DNA from: Balanoglossus misakiensis | Lineage: Eukaryota > Animalia > Hemichordata | Length of the DNA: 64,000 nt | Assembly: GCA_040954595.2 (NCBI GenBank) | Contig: CM082589.2 | Location: forward strand, 2,990,213 to 3,054,212 | Reading direction: 5' to 3' | Shown here: positions 1-13,851 of the stretch, piece by piece | How positions within the stretch are numbered: the stretch's first letter is position 1 | How the letters are laid out: every line of letters begins with the position of its first letter | Notes under the pieces: generated by a model | Told to the model about the DNA's origin: nothing | Database searches by the model: none | What the model saw: the letters and a program-made list of their open reading frames with translations, nothing else | Program-made: the position numbers and the translations under genes

Positions 1-3000
1 GAAAAATCGTCGATTCTGGACGATTTTCATGGGCTATAACCCATGGTTTTTATCAAAAAATGACCAAATTTTGAAAATTCGCGAAGTCGAAAATCGTCGA
101 TTCTGGACGATTTTCATGGGCTATACCCATGGTTTTTATCAAAAAATGACCAAATTTTGAAAATTCGCGAAGTCGAAAAATCGTCGATTCTGGACGATTT
201 TCATGGGCTATAACCCATGGTTTTTATCAAAAAATGACCAAATTTTGAAATTCGCGAAGTCGAAAAATCGTCGATTCTGGACGATTTTCATGGGCTATAA
301 CCCATGGTTTTTATCAAAAAATGACCAAATTTTGAAAATTCGCGAAGTCGAAAAATCGTCGATTCTGGACGATTTTCATGGGCTATAACCCATGGTTTTT
401 ATCAAAAAATGACCAAATTTTGAAAATTCGCGAAGTCGAAAATCGTCGATTCTGGACGATTTTCATGGGCTATAACCCATGGTTTTTATCAAAAAATGAC
501 CAAATTTTGAAAATTCGCGAAGTCGAAAAATCGTCGATTCTGGACGATTTTCATGGGCTATAACCCATGGTTTTTATCAAAAAATGACCAAATTTTGAAA
601 ATTCGCGAAGTCGAAAAAATCGTCGATTCTGGACGATTTTCATGGGCTATAACCCATGGTTTTTATCAAAAATGACCAAATTTTGAAAATTCGCGAAGTC
701 GAAAAATCGTCGATTCTGGACGATTTTCATGGGCTATAACCCATGGTTTTTATCAAAAAATGACCAAATTTTGAAAATTCGCGAAGTCGAAAAATCGTCG
801 ATTCTGGACGATTTTCATGGGCTATAACCCATGGTTTTTATCAAAAAATGACCAAATTTTGAAAATTCGCGAAGTCGAAAAATCGTCGATTCTGGACGAT
901 TTTCATGGGCTATAACCCATGGTTTTTATCAAAAAATGACCAAATTTTGAAAATTCGCGAAGTCGAAAAATCGTCGATTCTGGACGATTTTCATGGGCTA
1001 TAACCCATGGTTTTTATCAAAAAATGACCAAATTTTGAAAATTCGCGAAGTCGAAAAATCGTCGATTCTGGACGATTTTCATGGGCTATAACCCATGGTT
1101 TTTATCAAAAAATGACCAAATTTTGGAAAATTCGCGAAGTCGAAAAATCGTCGATTCTGGACGATTTTCATGGGCTATAACCCATGGTTTTTATCAAAAA
1201 ATGACCAAATTTTGAAAATTCGCGAAGTCGAAAATCGTCGATTCTGGACGATTTTCATGGGCTATAACCCATGGTTTTTATCAAAAATGACCAAATTTTG
1301 AAAATTCGCGAAGTCGAAAAATCGTCGATTCTGGACGATTTTCATGGGCTATAACCCATGGTTTTTATCAAAAAATGACCAAATTTTGAAAATTCGCGAA
1401 GTCGAAAAATCGTCGATTCTGGACGATTTTCATGGGCTATAACCCATGGTTTTTATCAAAAAATGACCAAATTTTGAAAATTCGCGAAGTCGAAAAATCG
1501 TCGATTCTGGACGATTTTCATGGGCTATAACCCATGGTTTTTATCAAAAAATGACCAAATTTTGAAATTCGCGAAGTCGAAAAATCGTCGATTCTGGACG
1601 ATTTTCATGGGCTATAACCCATGGTTTTTATCAAAAAATGACCAAATTTTGAAAATTCGCGAAGTCGAAAAATCGTCGATTCTGGACGATTTTCATGGGC
1701 TATAACCCATGGTTTTTATCAAAAAATGACCAAATTTTGAAAATTCGCGAAGTCGAAAAATCGTCTATTCTGGACGATTTTCATGGGCTATAACCCATGG
1801 TTTTTATCAAAAAATGACCAAATTTTGAAAATTCGCGAAGTCGAAAAATCGTCGATTCTGGACGATTTTCATGGTCTATAACCCATGGTTTTTATCAAAA
1901 AATGACCAAATTTTGAAAATTCGCGAAGTCGAAAAATCGTAGATTCTGGACGATTTTCATGGGCTATAACCCATGGTTTTTATCAAAAAATGACCAAATT
2001 TTGAAAATTCGCGAAGTCGAAAAATCGTCGATTCTGGACGATTTTCATGGGCTATAACCCATGGTTTTTATCAAAAAATGACCAAATTTTGAAAATTCGC
2101 GAAGTCGAAAAATCGTCGATTCTGGACGATTTTCATGGTCTATAACCCATGGTTTTTATCAAAAAATGACCAAATTTTGAAAATTCGCGAAGTCGAAAAA
2201 TCGTCGATTCTGGACGATTTTCATGGGCTATAACCCATGGTTTTTATCAAAAAATGACCAAATTTTGAAAATTCGCGAAGTCGAAAAATCGTCGATTCTG
2301 GACGATTTTCATGGGCTATAACCCATGGTTTTTAGCAAAAAATGACCAAATTTTGAAAATTCGCGAAGTCGAAAAATCGTCTATTCTGGACGATTTTCAT
2401 GGTCTATAACCCATGGTTTTTATCAAAAAATGACCAAATTTTGAAAATTCGCGAAGTCGAAAAATCGTCGATTCTGGACGATTTTCATGGGCTATAACCC
2501 ATGGTTTTTATCAAAAAATGACCAAATTTTGAAAATTCGCGAAGTCGAAAAATCGTCGATTCTGGACGATTTTCATGGGCTATAACCCATGGTTTTTATC
2601 AAAAAATGACCAAATTTTGAAAATTCGCGAAGTCGAAAAATCGTCGATTCTGGACGATTTTCATGGGCTATAACCCATGATTTTTATCAAAAAATGACCA
2701 AATTTTGAAAATTCGCGAAGTCGAAAAATCGTCTATTCTGGACGATTTTCATGGGCTATAACCCATGGTTTTTATCAAAAAATGACCAAATTTTGAAAAT
2801 TCGCGAAGTCGAAAAATCGTCGATTCTGGACGATTTTCATGGTCTATAACCCATGGTTTTTATCAAAAAATGACCAAATTTTGAAAATTCGCGAAGTCGA
2901 AAAATCGTAGATTCTGGACGATTTTCATGGGCTATAACCCATGGTTTTTATCAAAAAATGACCAAATTTTGAAAATTCGCGAAGTCGAAAAATCGTCGAT

Positions 3001-6000
3001 TCTGGACGATTTTCATGGGCTATAACCCATGGTTTTTATCAAAAAATGACCAAATTTTGAAAATTCGCGAAGTCGAAAAATCGTCGATTCTGGACGATTT
3101 TCATGGTCTATAACCCATGGTTTTTATCAAAAAATGACCAAATTTTGAAAATTCGCGAAGTCGAAAAATCGTCGATTCTGGACGATTTTCATGGGCTATA
3201 ACCCATGGTTTTTATCAAAAAATGACCAAATTTTGAAAATTCGCGAAGTCGAAAAATCGTCGATTCTGGACGATTTTCATGGGCTATAACCCATGGTTTT
3301 TATCAAAAAATGACCAAATTTTGAAAATTCGCGAAGTCGAAAAATCGTCGATTCTGGACGATTTTCATGGGCTATAACCCATGGTTTTTATCAAAAAATG
3401 ACCAAATTTTGAAAATTCGCGAAGTCGAAAAATCGTCGATTCTGGACGATTTTCATGGGCTATAACCCATGGTTTTTATCAAAAAATGACCAAATTTTGA
3501 AAATTCGCGAAGTCGAAAAATCGTCGATTCTGGACGATTTTCATGGGCTATAACCCATGGTTTTTATCAAAAAATGACCAAATTTTGAAAATTCGCGAAG
3601 TCGAAAAATCGTCGATTCTGGACGATTTTCATGGGCTATAACCCATGGTTTTTATCAAAAAATGACCAAATTTTGAAAATTCGCGAAGTCGAAAAATCGT
3701 CGATTCTGGACGATTTTCATGGGCTATAACCCATGGTTTTTATCAAAAAATGACCAAATTTTGAAAATTCGCGAAGTCGAAAAATCGTCGATTCTGGACG
3801 ATTTTCATGGGCTATAACCCATGGTTTTTATCAAAAAATGACCAAATTTTGAAAATTCGCGAAGTCGAAAAATCGTCGATTCTGGACGATTTTCATGGGC
3901 TATAACCCATGGTTTTTATCAAAAAATGACCAAATTTTGAAAATTCGCGAAGTCGAAAAATCGTCGATTCTGGACGATTTTCATGGGCTATAACCCATGG
4001 TTTTTATCAAAAAATGACCAAATTTTGAAAATTCGCGAAGTCGAAAAATCGTCGATTCTGGACGATTTTCATGGGCTATAACCCATGGTTTTTATCAAAA
4101 AATGACCAAATTTTGAAAATTCGCGAAGTCGAAAAATCGTCGATTCTGGACGATTTTCATGGGCTATAACCCATGGTTTTTATCAAAAAATGACCAAATT
4201 TTGAAAATTCGCGAAGTCGAAAAATCGTCGATTCTGGACGATTTTCATGGTCTATAACCCATGGTTTTTATCAAAAAATGACCAAATTTTGAAAATTCGC
4301 GAAGTCGAAAAATCGTCGATTCTGGACGATTTTCATGGGCTATAACCCATGGTTTTTATCAAAAAATGACCAAATTTTGAAAATTCGCGAAGTCGAAAAA
4401 TCGTCGATTCTGGACGATTTTCATGGGCTATAACCCATGGTTTTTATCAAAAAATGACCAAATTTTGAAAATTCGCGAAGTCGAAAAATCGTCGATTCTG
4501 GACGATTTTCATGGGCTATAACCCATGGTTTTTATCAAAAAATGACCAAATTTTGAAAATTCGCGAAGTCGAAAAATCGTCGATTCTGGACGATTTTCAT
4601 GGGCTATAACCCATGGTTTTTATCAAAAAATGACCAAATTTTGAAAATTCGCGAAGTCGAAAAATCGTCGATTCTGGACGATTTTCATGGGCTATAACCC
4701 ATGGTTTTTATCAAAAAATGACCAAATTTTGAAAATTCGCGAAGTCGAAAAATCGTCGATTCTGGACGATTTTCATGGTCTATAACCCATGGTTTTTATC
4801 AAAAAATGACCAAATTTTGAAAATTCGCGAAGTCGAAAAATCGTCGATTCTGGACGATTTTCATGGTCTATAACCCATGGTTTTTATCAAAAAATGACCA
4901 AATTTTGAAAATTCGCGAAGTCGAAAAATCGTAGATTCTGGACGATTTTCATGGGCTATAACCCATGGTTTTTATCAAAAAATGACCAAATTTTGAAAAT
5001 TCGCGAAGTCGAAAAATCGTCGATTCTGGACGATTTTCATGGGCTATAACCCATGGTTTTTATCAAAAAATGACCAAATTTTGAAAATTCGCGAAGTCGA
5101 AAAATCGTCGATTCTGGACGATTTTCATGGTCTATAACCCATGGTTTTTATCAAAAAATGACCAAATTTTGAAAATTCGCGAAGTCGAAAAATCGTCGAT
5201 TCTGGACGATTTTCATGGGCTATAACCCATGGTTTTTATCAAAAAATGACCAAATTTTGAAAATTCGCGAAGTCGAAAAATCGTCTATTCTGGACGATTT
5301 TCATGGGCTATAACCCATGGTTTTTATCAAAAAATGACCAAATTTTGAAAATTCGCGAAGTCGAAAAATCGTCGATTCTGGACGATTTTCATGGGCTATA
5401 ACCCATGGTTTTTATCAAAAAATGACCAAATTTTGAAAATTCGCGAAGTCGAAAAATCGTCGATTCTGGACGATTTTCATGGGCTATAACCCATGGTTTT
5501 TATCAAAAAATGACCAAATTTTGAAAATTCGCGAAGTCGAAAAATCGTCGATTCTGGACGATTTTCATGGGCTATAACCCATGGTTTTTAGCAAAAAATG
5601 ACCAAATTTTGAAAATTCGCGAAGTCGAAAAATCGTAGATTCTGGACGATTTTCATGGGCTATAACCCATGGTTTTTATCAAAAAATGACCAAATTTTGA
5701 AAATTCGCGAAGTCGAAAAATCGTCGATTCTGGACGATTTTCATGGGCTATAACCCATGGTTTTTATCAAAAAATGACCAAATTTTGAAAATTCGCGAAG
5801 TCGAAAAATCGTCGATTCTGGACGATTTTCATGGGCTATAACCCATGGTTTTTATCAAAAAATGACCAAATTTTGAAAATTCGCGAAGTCGAAAAATCGT
5901 CGATTCTGGACGATTTTCATGGTCTATAACCCATGGTTTTTATCAAAAAATGACCAAATTTTGAAAATTCGCGAAGTCGAAAAATCGTCGATTCTGGATG

Positions 6001-9000
6001 ATTTTCATGGTCTATAACCCATGGTTTTTATCAAAAAATGACCAAATTTTGAAAATTCGCGAAGTCGAAAAATCGTCGATTCTGGACGATTTTCATGGGC
6101 TATAACCCATGGTTTTTATCAAAAAATGACCAAATTTTGAAAATTCGCGAAGTCGAAAAATCGTCGATTCTGGACGATTTTCATGGTCTATAACCCATGG
6201 TTTTTATCAAAAAATGACCAAATTTTGAAAATTCGCGAAGTCGAAAAATCGTAGATTCTGGACGATTTTCATGGGCTATAACCCATGGTTTTTATCAAAA
6301 AATGACCAAATTTTGAAAATTCGCGAAGTCGAAAAATCGTCGATTCTGGACGATTTTCATGGGCTATAACCCATGGTTTTTATCAAAAAATGACCAAATT
6401 TTGAAAATTCGCGAAGTCGAAAAATCGTCGATTCTGGACGATTTTCATGGTCTATAACCCATGGTTTTTATCAAAAAATGACCAAATTTTGAAAATTCGC
6501 GAAGTCGAAAAATCGTCGATTCTGGACGATTTTCATGGGCTATAACCCATGGTTTTTATCAAAAAATGACCAAATTTTGAAAATTCGCGAAGTCGAAAAA
6601 TCGTCTATTCTGGACGATTTTCATGGGCTATAACCCATGGTTTTTATCAAAAAATGACCAAATTTTGAAAATTCGCGAAGTCGAAAAATCGTCGATTCTG
6701 GACGATTTTCATGGGCTATAACCCATGGTTTTTATCAAAAAATGACCAAATTTTGAAAATTCGCGAAGTCGAAAAATCGTCGATTCTGGACGATTTTCAT
6801 GGGCTATAACCCATGGTTTTTATCAAAAAATGACCAAATTTTGAAAATTCGCGAAGTCGAAAAATCGTCGATTCTGGACGATTTTCATGGGCTATAACCC
6901 ATGGTTTTTATCAAAAAATGACCAAATTTTGAAAATTCGCGAAGTCGAAAAATCGTCGATTCTGGACGATTTTCATGGGCTATAACCCATGGTTTTTATC
7001 AAAAAATGACCAAATTTTGAAAATTCGCGAAGTCGAAAAATCGTCGATTCTGGACGATTTTCATGGGCTATAACCCATGGTTTTTATCAAAAAATGACCA
7101 AATTTTGAAAATTCGCGAAGTCGAAAAATCGTCGATTCTGGACGATTTTCATGGGCTATAACCCATGGTTTTTATCAAAAAATGACCAAATTTTGAAAAT
7201 TCGCGAAGTCGAAAAATCGTCGATTCTGGACGATTTTCATGGTCTATAACCCATGGTTTTTATCAAAAAATGACCAAATTTTGAAAATTCGCGAAGTCGA
7301 AAAATCGTCGATTCTGGACGATTTTCATGGGCTATAACCCATGGTTTTTATCAAAAAATGACCAAATTTTGAAAATTCGCGAAGTCGAAAAATCGTCGAT
7401 TCTGGACGATTTTCATGGTCTATAACCCATGGTTTTTATCAAAAAATGACCAAATTTTGAAAATTCGCGAAGTCGAAAAATCGTCGATTCTGGACGATTT
7501 TCATGGGCTATAACCCATGGTTTTTATCAAAAAATGACCAAATTTTGAAAATTCGCGAAGTCGAAAAATCGTCGATTCTGGACGATTTTCATGGGCTATA
7601 ACCCATGGTTTTTATCAAAAAATGACCAAATTTTGAAAATTCGCGAAGTCGAAAAATCGTCGATTCTGGACGATTTTCATGGGCTATAACCCATGGTTTT
7701 TATCAAAAAATGACCAAATTTTGAAAATTCGCGAAGTCGAAAAATCGTCGATTCTGGACGATTTTCATGGGCTATAACCCATGGTTTTTAGCAAAAAATG
7801 ACCAAATTTTGAAAATTCGCGAAGTCGAAAAATCGTCGATTCTGGACGATTTTCATGGGCTATAACCCATGGTTTTTATCAAAAAATGACCAAATTTTGA
7901 AAATTCGCGAAGTCGAAAAATCGTCGATTCTGGACGATTTTCATGGGCTATAACCCATGGTTTTTAGCAAAAAATGACCAAATTTTGAAAATTCGCGAAG
8001 TCGAAAAATCGTAGATTCTGGACGATTTTCATGGGCTATAACCCATGGTTTTTATCAAAAAATGACCAAATTTTGAAAATTCGCGAAGTCGAAAAATCGT
8101 CGATTCTGGACGATTTTCATGGGCTATAACCCATGGTTTTTATCAAAAAATGACCAAATTTTGAAAATTCGCGAAGTCGAAAAATCGTCGATTCTGGACG
8201 ATTTTCATGGGCTATAACCCATGGTTTTTATCAAAAAATGACCAAATTTTGAAAATTCGCGAAGTCGAAAAATCGTCGATTCTGGACGATTTTCATGGGC
8301 TATAACCCATGGTTTTTATCAAAAAATGACCAGATTTTGAAAATTCGCGAAGTCGAAAAATCGTCGATTCTGGACGATTTTCATGGGCTATAACCCATGG
8401 TTTTTATCAAAAAATGACCAGATTTTGAAAATTCGCGAAGTCGAAAAATCGTCGATTCTGGACGATTTTCATGGGCTATAACCCATGGTTTTTATCAAAA
8501 AATGACCAGATTTTGAAAATTCGCGAAGTCGAAAAATCGTCGATTCTGGACGATTTTCATGGGCTATAACCCATGGTTTTTATCAAAAAATGACCAAATT
8601 TTGAAAATTCGCGAAGTCGAAAAATCGTCGATTCTGGACGATTTTCATGGGCTATAACCCATGGTTTTTATCAAAAAATGACCAAATTTTGAAAATTCGC
8701 GAAGTCGAAAAATCGTCGATTCTGGACGATTTTCATGGGCTATAACCCATGGTTTTTATCAAAAAATGACCAAATTTTGAAAATTCGCGAAGTCGAAAAA
8801 TCGTCGATTCTGGACGATTTTCATGGGCTATAACCCATGGTTTTTATCAAAAAATGACCAGATTTTGAAAATTCGCGAAGTCGAAAAATCGTCGATTCTG
8901 GACGATTTTCATGGGCTATAACCCATGGTTTTTATCAAAAAATGACCAGATTTTGAAAATTCGCGAAGTCGAAAAATCGTCGATTCTGGACGATTTTCAT

Positions 9001-12000
9001 GGGCTATAACCCATGGTTTTTATCAAGAAATGACCAGATTTTGAAAATTCGCGAAGTCGAAAAATCGTCGATTCTGGACGATTTTCATGGGCTATAACCC
9101 ATGGTTTTTATGAAAAAATGACCACATTTTGAAAATTCGCGAAGTCGAAAAATCGTCGATTCTGGACAATTTTCATGGGCTATTACCCATGGTTTTTATG
9201 AAAAAATGACCAGATTTTGAAAATTCGCGAAGTCGAAAAATCGTCGATTCAGGACGATTTTCATGGGCTATAACCCATGGTATTTATCAAGAAATGACCA
9301 GATTTTGAAAATTCGCGAAGTCGAAAAATCGTCGATTCAGGACGATTTTCATGGGCTATAACCCATGGTATTTATCAAGAAATGACCAGATTTTGAAAAT
9401 TCGCGAAGTCGAAAAATCGTCGATTCTGGACGATTTTCATGGGCTATAACCCATGGTTTTTATCAAAAAATGACCAGATTTTGGAAATTCGCGAAGTCGA
9501 AAAATCGTCGATTCTGGACGATTTTCATGGGCTATAACCCATGGTTTTTATCAAAAAATGACCAGATTTTGAAAATTCGCGAAGTCGAAAAATCGTCGAT
9601 TCTGGACGATTTTCATGGGCTATAACCCATGGTTTTTATCAAGAAATGACCAGATTTTGAAAATTCGCGAAGTCGAAAAATCGTCGATTCTGGACGATTT
9701 TCATGGGCTATAACCCATGGTTTTTATCAAAAAATGACCAGAATTTGAAAATTCGCGAAGTCGAAAAATCGTCGATTCTGGACGATTTTCATGGGCTATA
9801 ACCCATGGTTTTTATCAAGAAATGACCAAATTTTGAAAATTCGCGAAGTCGAAAAATCGTCGATTCTGGACGATTTTCATGGGCTATAACCCATGGTTTT
9901 TATCAAGAAATGACCAAATTTTGAAAATTTGCGAAGTCGAAAAATCGTCGATTCTGGACGATTTCATGGGCTATAGCCCATGGTTTTTCTCAAGAAATGA
10001 CCAAATTTTGAAAATTCGCGAAGTCGAAAAATCGTCGATTCTGGACGATTTTCATGGGCTATAACCCATGGTTTTTCTCAAGAAATGACCAAATTTTGAA
10101 AATTCGCGAAGTCGAAAAATCGTCGATTCTGGACGATTTTCATGGGCTATAACCCATGGTTTTTATCAAGAAATGACCAGATTTTGAAAATTCGCGAAGT
10201 CGAAAAATCGTCGATTCTGGACGTCTTTCATGGGCTATAACCCATGGTTTTTATCAAAAAATGACCAGAATTTGAAAATTCGCGAAGTCGAAAAATCGTC
10301 GATTCTGGACGATTTTCATGGGCTATAACCCATGGTTTTTATCAAGAAATGACCAAATTTTGAAAATTCGCGAAGTCGAAAAATCGTCGATTCTGGACGA
10401 TTTTCATGGGCTATAACCCATGGTTTTTATCAAGAAATGACCAAATTTTGAAAATTCGCGAAGTCGAAAAATCGTCGATTCTGGACGATTTTCATGGGCT
10501 ATAACCCATGGTTTTTATCAAAAAATGACCAAATTTTGAAAATTCGCGAAGTCGAAAAATCGTCGATTCTGGACGATTTTCATGGGCTATAACCCATGGT
10601 TTTGATCAAAAAATGACCAAATTTTGAAAATTCGCGAAGTCGAAAAATCGTCGATTCTGGACGATTTTCATGGGCTATAACCCATGGTTTTTATAAAAAA
10701 ATGACCAAATTTTGAAAATTCGCGAAGTCGAAAAATCGTCGATTCTGGACGATTTTCATGGGCTATAACCCATGGTTTTTATCAAAAAATGACCAAATTT
10801 TGAAAATTCGCGAAGTCGAAAAATCGTCGATTCTGGACGATTTTCATGGGCTATAACCCATGGTTTTTATCAAAAAATGACCAAATTTTGAAAATTCGCG
10901 AAGTCGAAAAATCGTCGATTCTGGACGATTTTCATGGGCTATAACCCATGGTTTTTATCAAAAAATGACCAAATTTTGAAAATTCGCGAAGTCGAAAAAT
11001 CGTCGATTCTGGACGATTTTCATGGGCTATAACCCATGGTTTTTAGCAAAAAATGACCAAATTTTGAAAATTCGCGAAGTCGAAAAATCGTAGATTCTGG
11101 ACGATTTTCATGGGCTATAACCCATGGTTTTTATCAAAAAATGACCAAATTTTGAAAATTCGCGAAGTCGAAAAATCGTCGATTCTGGACGATTTTCATG
11201 GGCTATAACCCATGATTTTTATCAAAAAATGACCAAATTTTGAAAATTCGCGAAGTCGAAAAATCGTCGATTCTGGACGATTTTCATGGGCTATAACCCA
11301 TGGTTTTTATCAAAAAATGACCAAATTTTGAAAATTCGCGAAGTCGAAAAATCGTCGATTCTGGACGATTTTCATGGGCTATAACCCATGGTTTTTATCA
11401 AAAAATGACCAGATTTTGAAAATTCGCGAAGTCGAAAAATCGTCGATTCTGGACGATTTTCATGGGCTATAACCCATGGTTTTTATCAAAAAATGACCAG
11501 ATTTTGAAAATTCGCGAAGTCGAAAAATCGTCGATTCTGGACGATTTTCATGGGCTATAACCCATGGTTTTTATCAAAAAATGACCAGATTTTGAAAATT
11601 CGCGAAGTCGAAAAATCGTCGATTCTGGACGATTTTCATGGGCTATAACCCATGGTTTTTATCAAAAAATGACCAAATTTTGAAAATTCGCGAAGTCGAA
11701 AAATCGTCGATTCTGGACGATTTTCATGGGCTATAACCCATGGTTTTTATCAAAAAATGACCAAATTTTGAAAATTCGCGAAGTCGAAAAATCGTCGATT
11801 CTGGACGATTTTCATGGGCTATAACCCATGGTTTTTATCAAAAAATGACCAAATTTTGAAAATTCGCGAAGTCGAAAAATCGTCGATTCTGGACGATTTT
11901 CATGGGCTATAACCCATGGTTTTTATCAAAAAATGACCAGATTTTGAAAATTCGCGAAGTCGAAAAATCGTCGATTCTGAACGATTTTCATGGGCTATAA

Positions 12001-13851
12001 CCCATGGTTTTTATCAAAAAATGACCAGATTTTGAAAATTCGCGAAGTCGAAAAATCGTCGATTCTGGACGATTTTCATGGGCTATAACCCATGGTTTTT
12101 ATCAAGAAATGACCAGATTTTGAAAATTCGCGAAGTCGAAAAATCGTCGATTCTGGACGATTTTCATGGGCTATAACCCATGGTTTTTATGAAAAAATGA
12201 CCACATTTTGAAAATTCGCGAAGTCGAAAAATCGTCGATTCTGGACAATTTTCATGGGCTATTACCCATGGTTTTTATGAAAAAATGACCAGATTTTGAA
12301 AATTCGCGAAGTCGAAAAATCGTCGATTCAGGACGATTTTCATGGGCTATAACCCATGGTATTTATCAAGAAATGACCAGATTTTGAAAATTCGCGAAGT
12401 CGAAAAATCGTCGATTCAGGACGATTTTCATGGGCTATAACCCATGGTATTTATCAAGAAATGACCAGATTTTGAAAATTCGCGAAGTCGAAAAATCGTC
12501 GATTCTGGACGATTTTCATGGGCTATAACCCATGGTTTTTATCAAAAAATGACCAGATTTTGGAAATTCGCGAAGTCGAAAAATCGTCGATTCTGGACGA
12601 TTTTCATGGGCTATAACCCATGGTTTTTATCAAAAAATGACCAGATTTTGAAAATTCGCGAAGTCGAAAAATCGTCGATTCTGGACGATTTTCATGGGCT
12701 ATAACCCATGGTTTTTATCAAGAAATGACCAGATTTTGAAAATTCGCGAAGTCGAAAAATCGTCGATTCTGGACGATTTTCATGGGCTATAACCGATGGT
12801 TTTTATCAAAAAATGACCAGAATTTGAAAATTCGCGAAGTCGAAAAATCGTCGATTCTGGACGATTTTCATGGGCTATAACCCATGGTTTTTATCAAGAA
12901 ATGACCAAATTTTGAAAATTCGCGAAGTCGAAAAATCGTCGATTCTGGACGATTTTCATGGGCTATAACCCATGGTTTTTATCAAGAAATGACCAAATTT
13001 TGAAAATTTGCGAAGTCGAAAAATCGTCGATTCTGGACGATTTCATGGGCTATAACCCATGGTTTTTCTCAAGAAATGACCAAATTTTGAAAATTCGCGA
13101 AGTCGAAAAATCGTCGATTCTGGACGATTTTCATGGGCTATAACCCATGGTTTTTCTCAAGAAATGACCAAATTTTGAAAATTCGCGAAGTCGAAAAATC
13201 GTCGATTCTGGACGATTTTCATGGGCTATAACCCATGGTTTTTATCAAGAAATGACCAGATTTTGAAAATTCGCGAAGTCGAAAAATCGTCGATTCTGGA
13301 CGTCTTTCATGGGCTATAACCCATGGTTTTTATCAAAAAATGACCAGAATTTGAAAATTCGCGAAGTCGAAAAATCGTCGATTCTGGACGATTTTCATGG
13401 GCTATAACCCATGGTTTTTATCAAGAAATGACCAAATTTTGAAAATTCGCGAAGTCGAAAAATCGTCGATTCTGGACGATTTTCATGGGCTATAACCCAT
13501 GGTTTTTATCAAGAAATGACCAAATTTTGAAAATTCGCGAAGTCGAAAAATCGTCGATTCTGGACGATTTTCATGGGCTATAACCCATGGTTTTTATCAA
13601 AAAATGACCAAATTTTGAAAATTCGCGAAGTCGAAAAATCGTCGATTCTGGACGATTTTCATGGGCTATAACCCATGGTTTTTATCAAAAAATGACCAAA
13701 TTTTGAAAATTCGCGAAGTCGAAAAATCGTCGATTCTGGACGATTTTCATGGGCTATAACCCATGGTTTTTATCAAAAAATGACCAAATTTTGAAAATTC
13801 GCGATGTCGAAAAATCGTCGATTCATGACGATTTTCATGGGCTATAACCCA
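1..13851. repeat. 88-bp tandem satellite array (~157 monomers), truncated by the window start
   Basis: Monomer GAAAAATCGTCGATTCTGGACGATTTTCATGGGCTATAACCCATGGTTTTTATCAAAAAATGACCAAATTTTGAAAATTCGCGAAGTC is repeated head-to-tail with only sparse substitutions. The last partial monomer ends ...GCTATAACCCA at ~13851, followed directly by unique sequence. Confidence 0.99.

Noticed and set aside
1-1600. Cluster of 1-bp homopolymer indels in the first ~18 monomers
   Set aside because: Confined to the window start and almost all homopolymer-length changes; most likely low-coverage consensus error near a contig end rather than biology.
1-13851. CRISPR-like array, or repeated small ORFs (MGYNPWFLSKNDQILK...)
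   Set aside because: There are no unique spacers, and the context is eukaryotic. The ORFs appear only where 1-bp indels shift the frame in the 88-bp (non-multiple-of-3) monomer.
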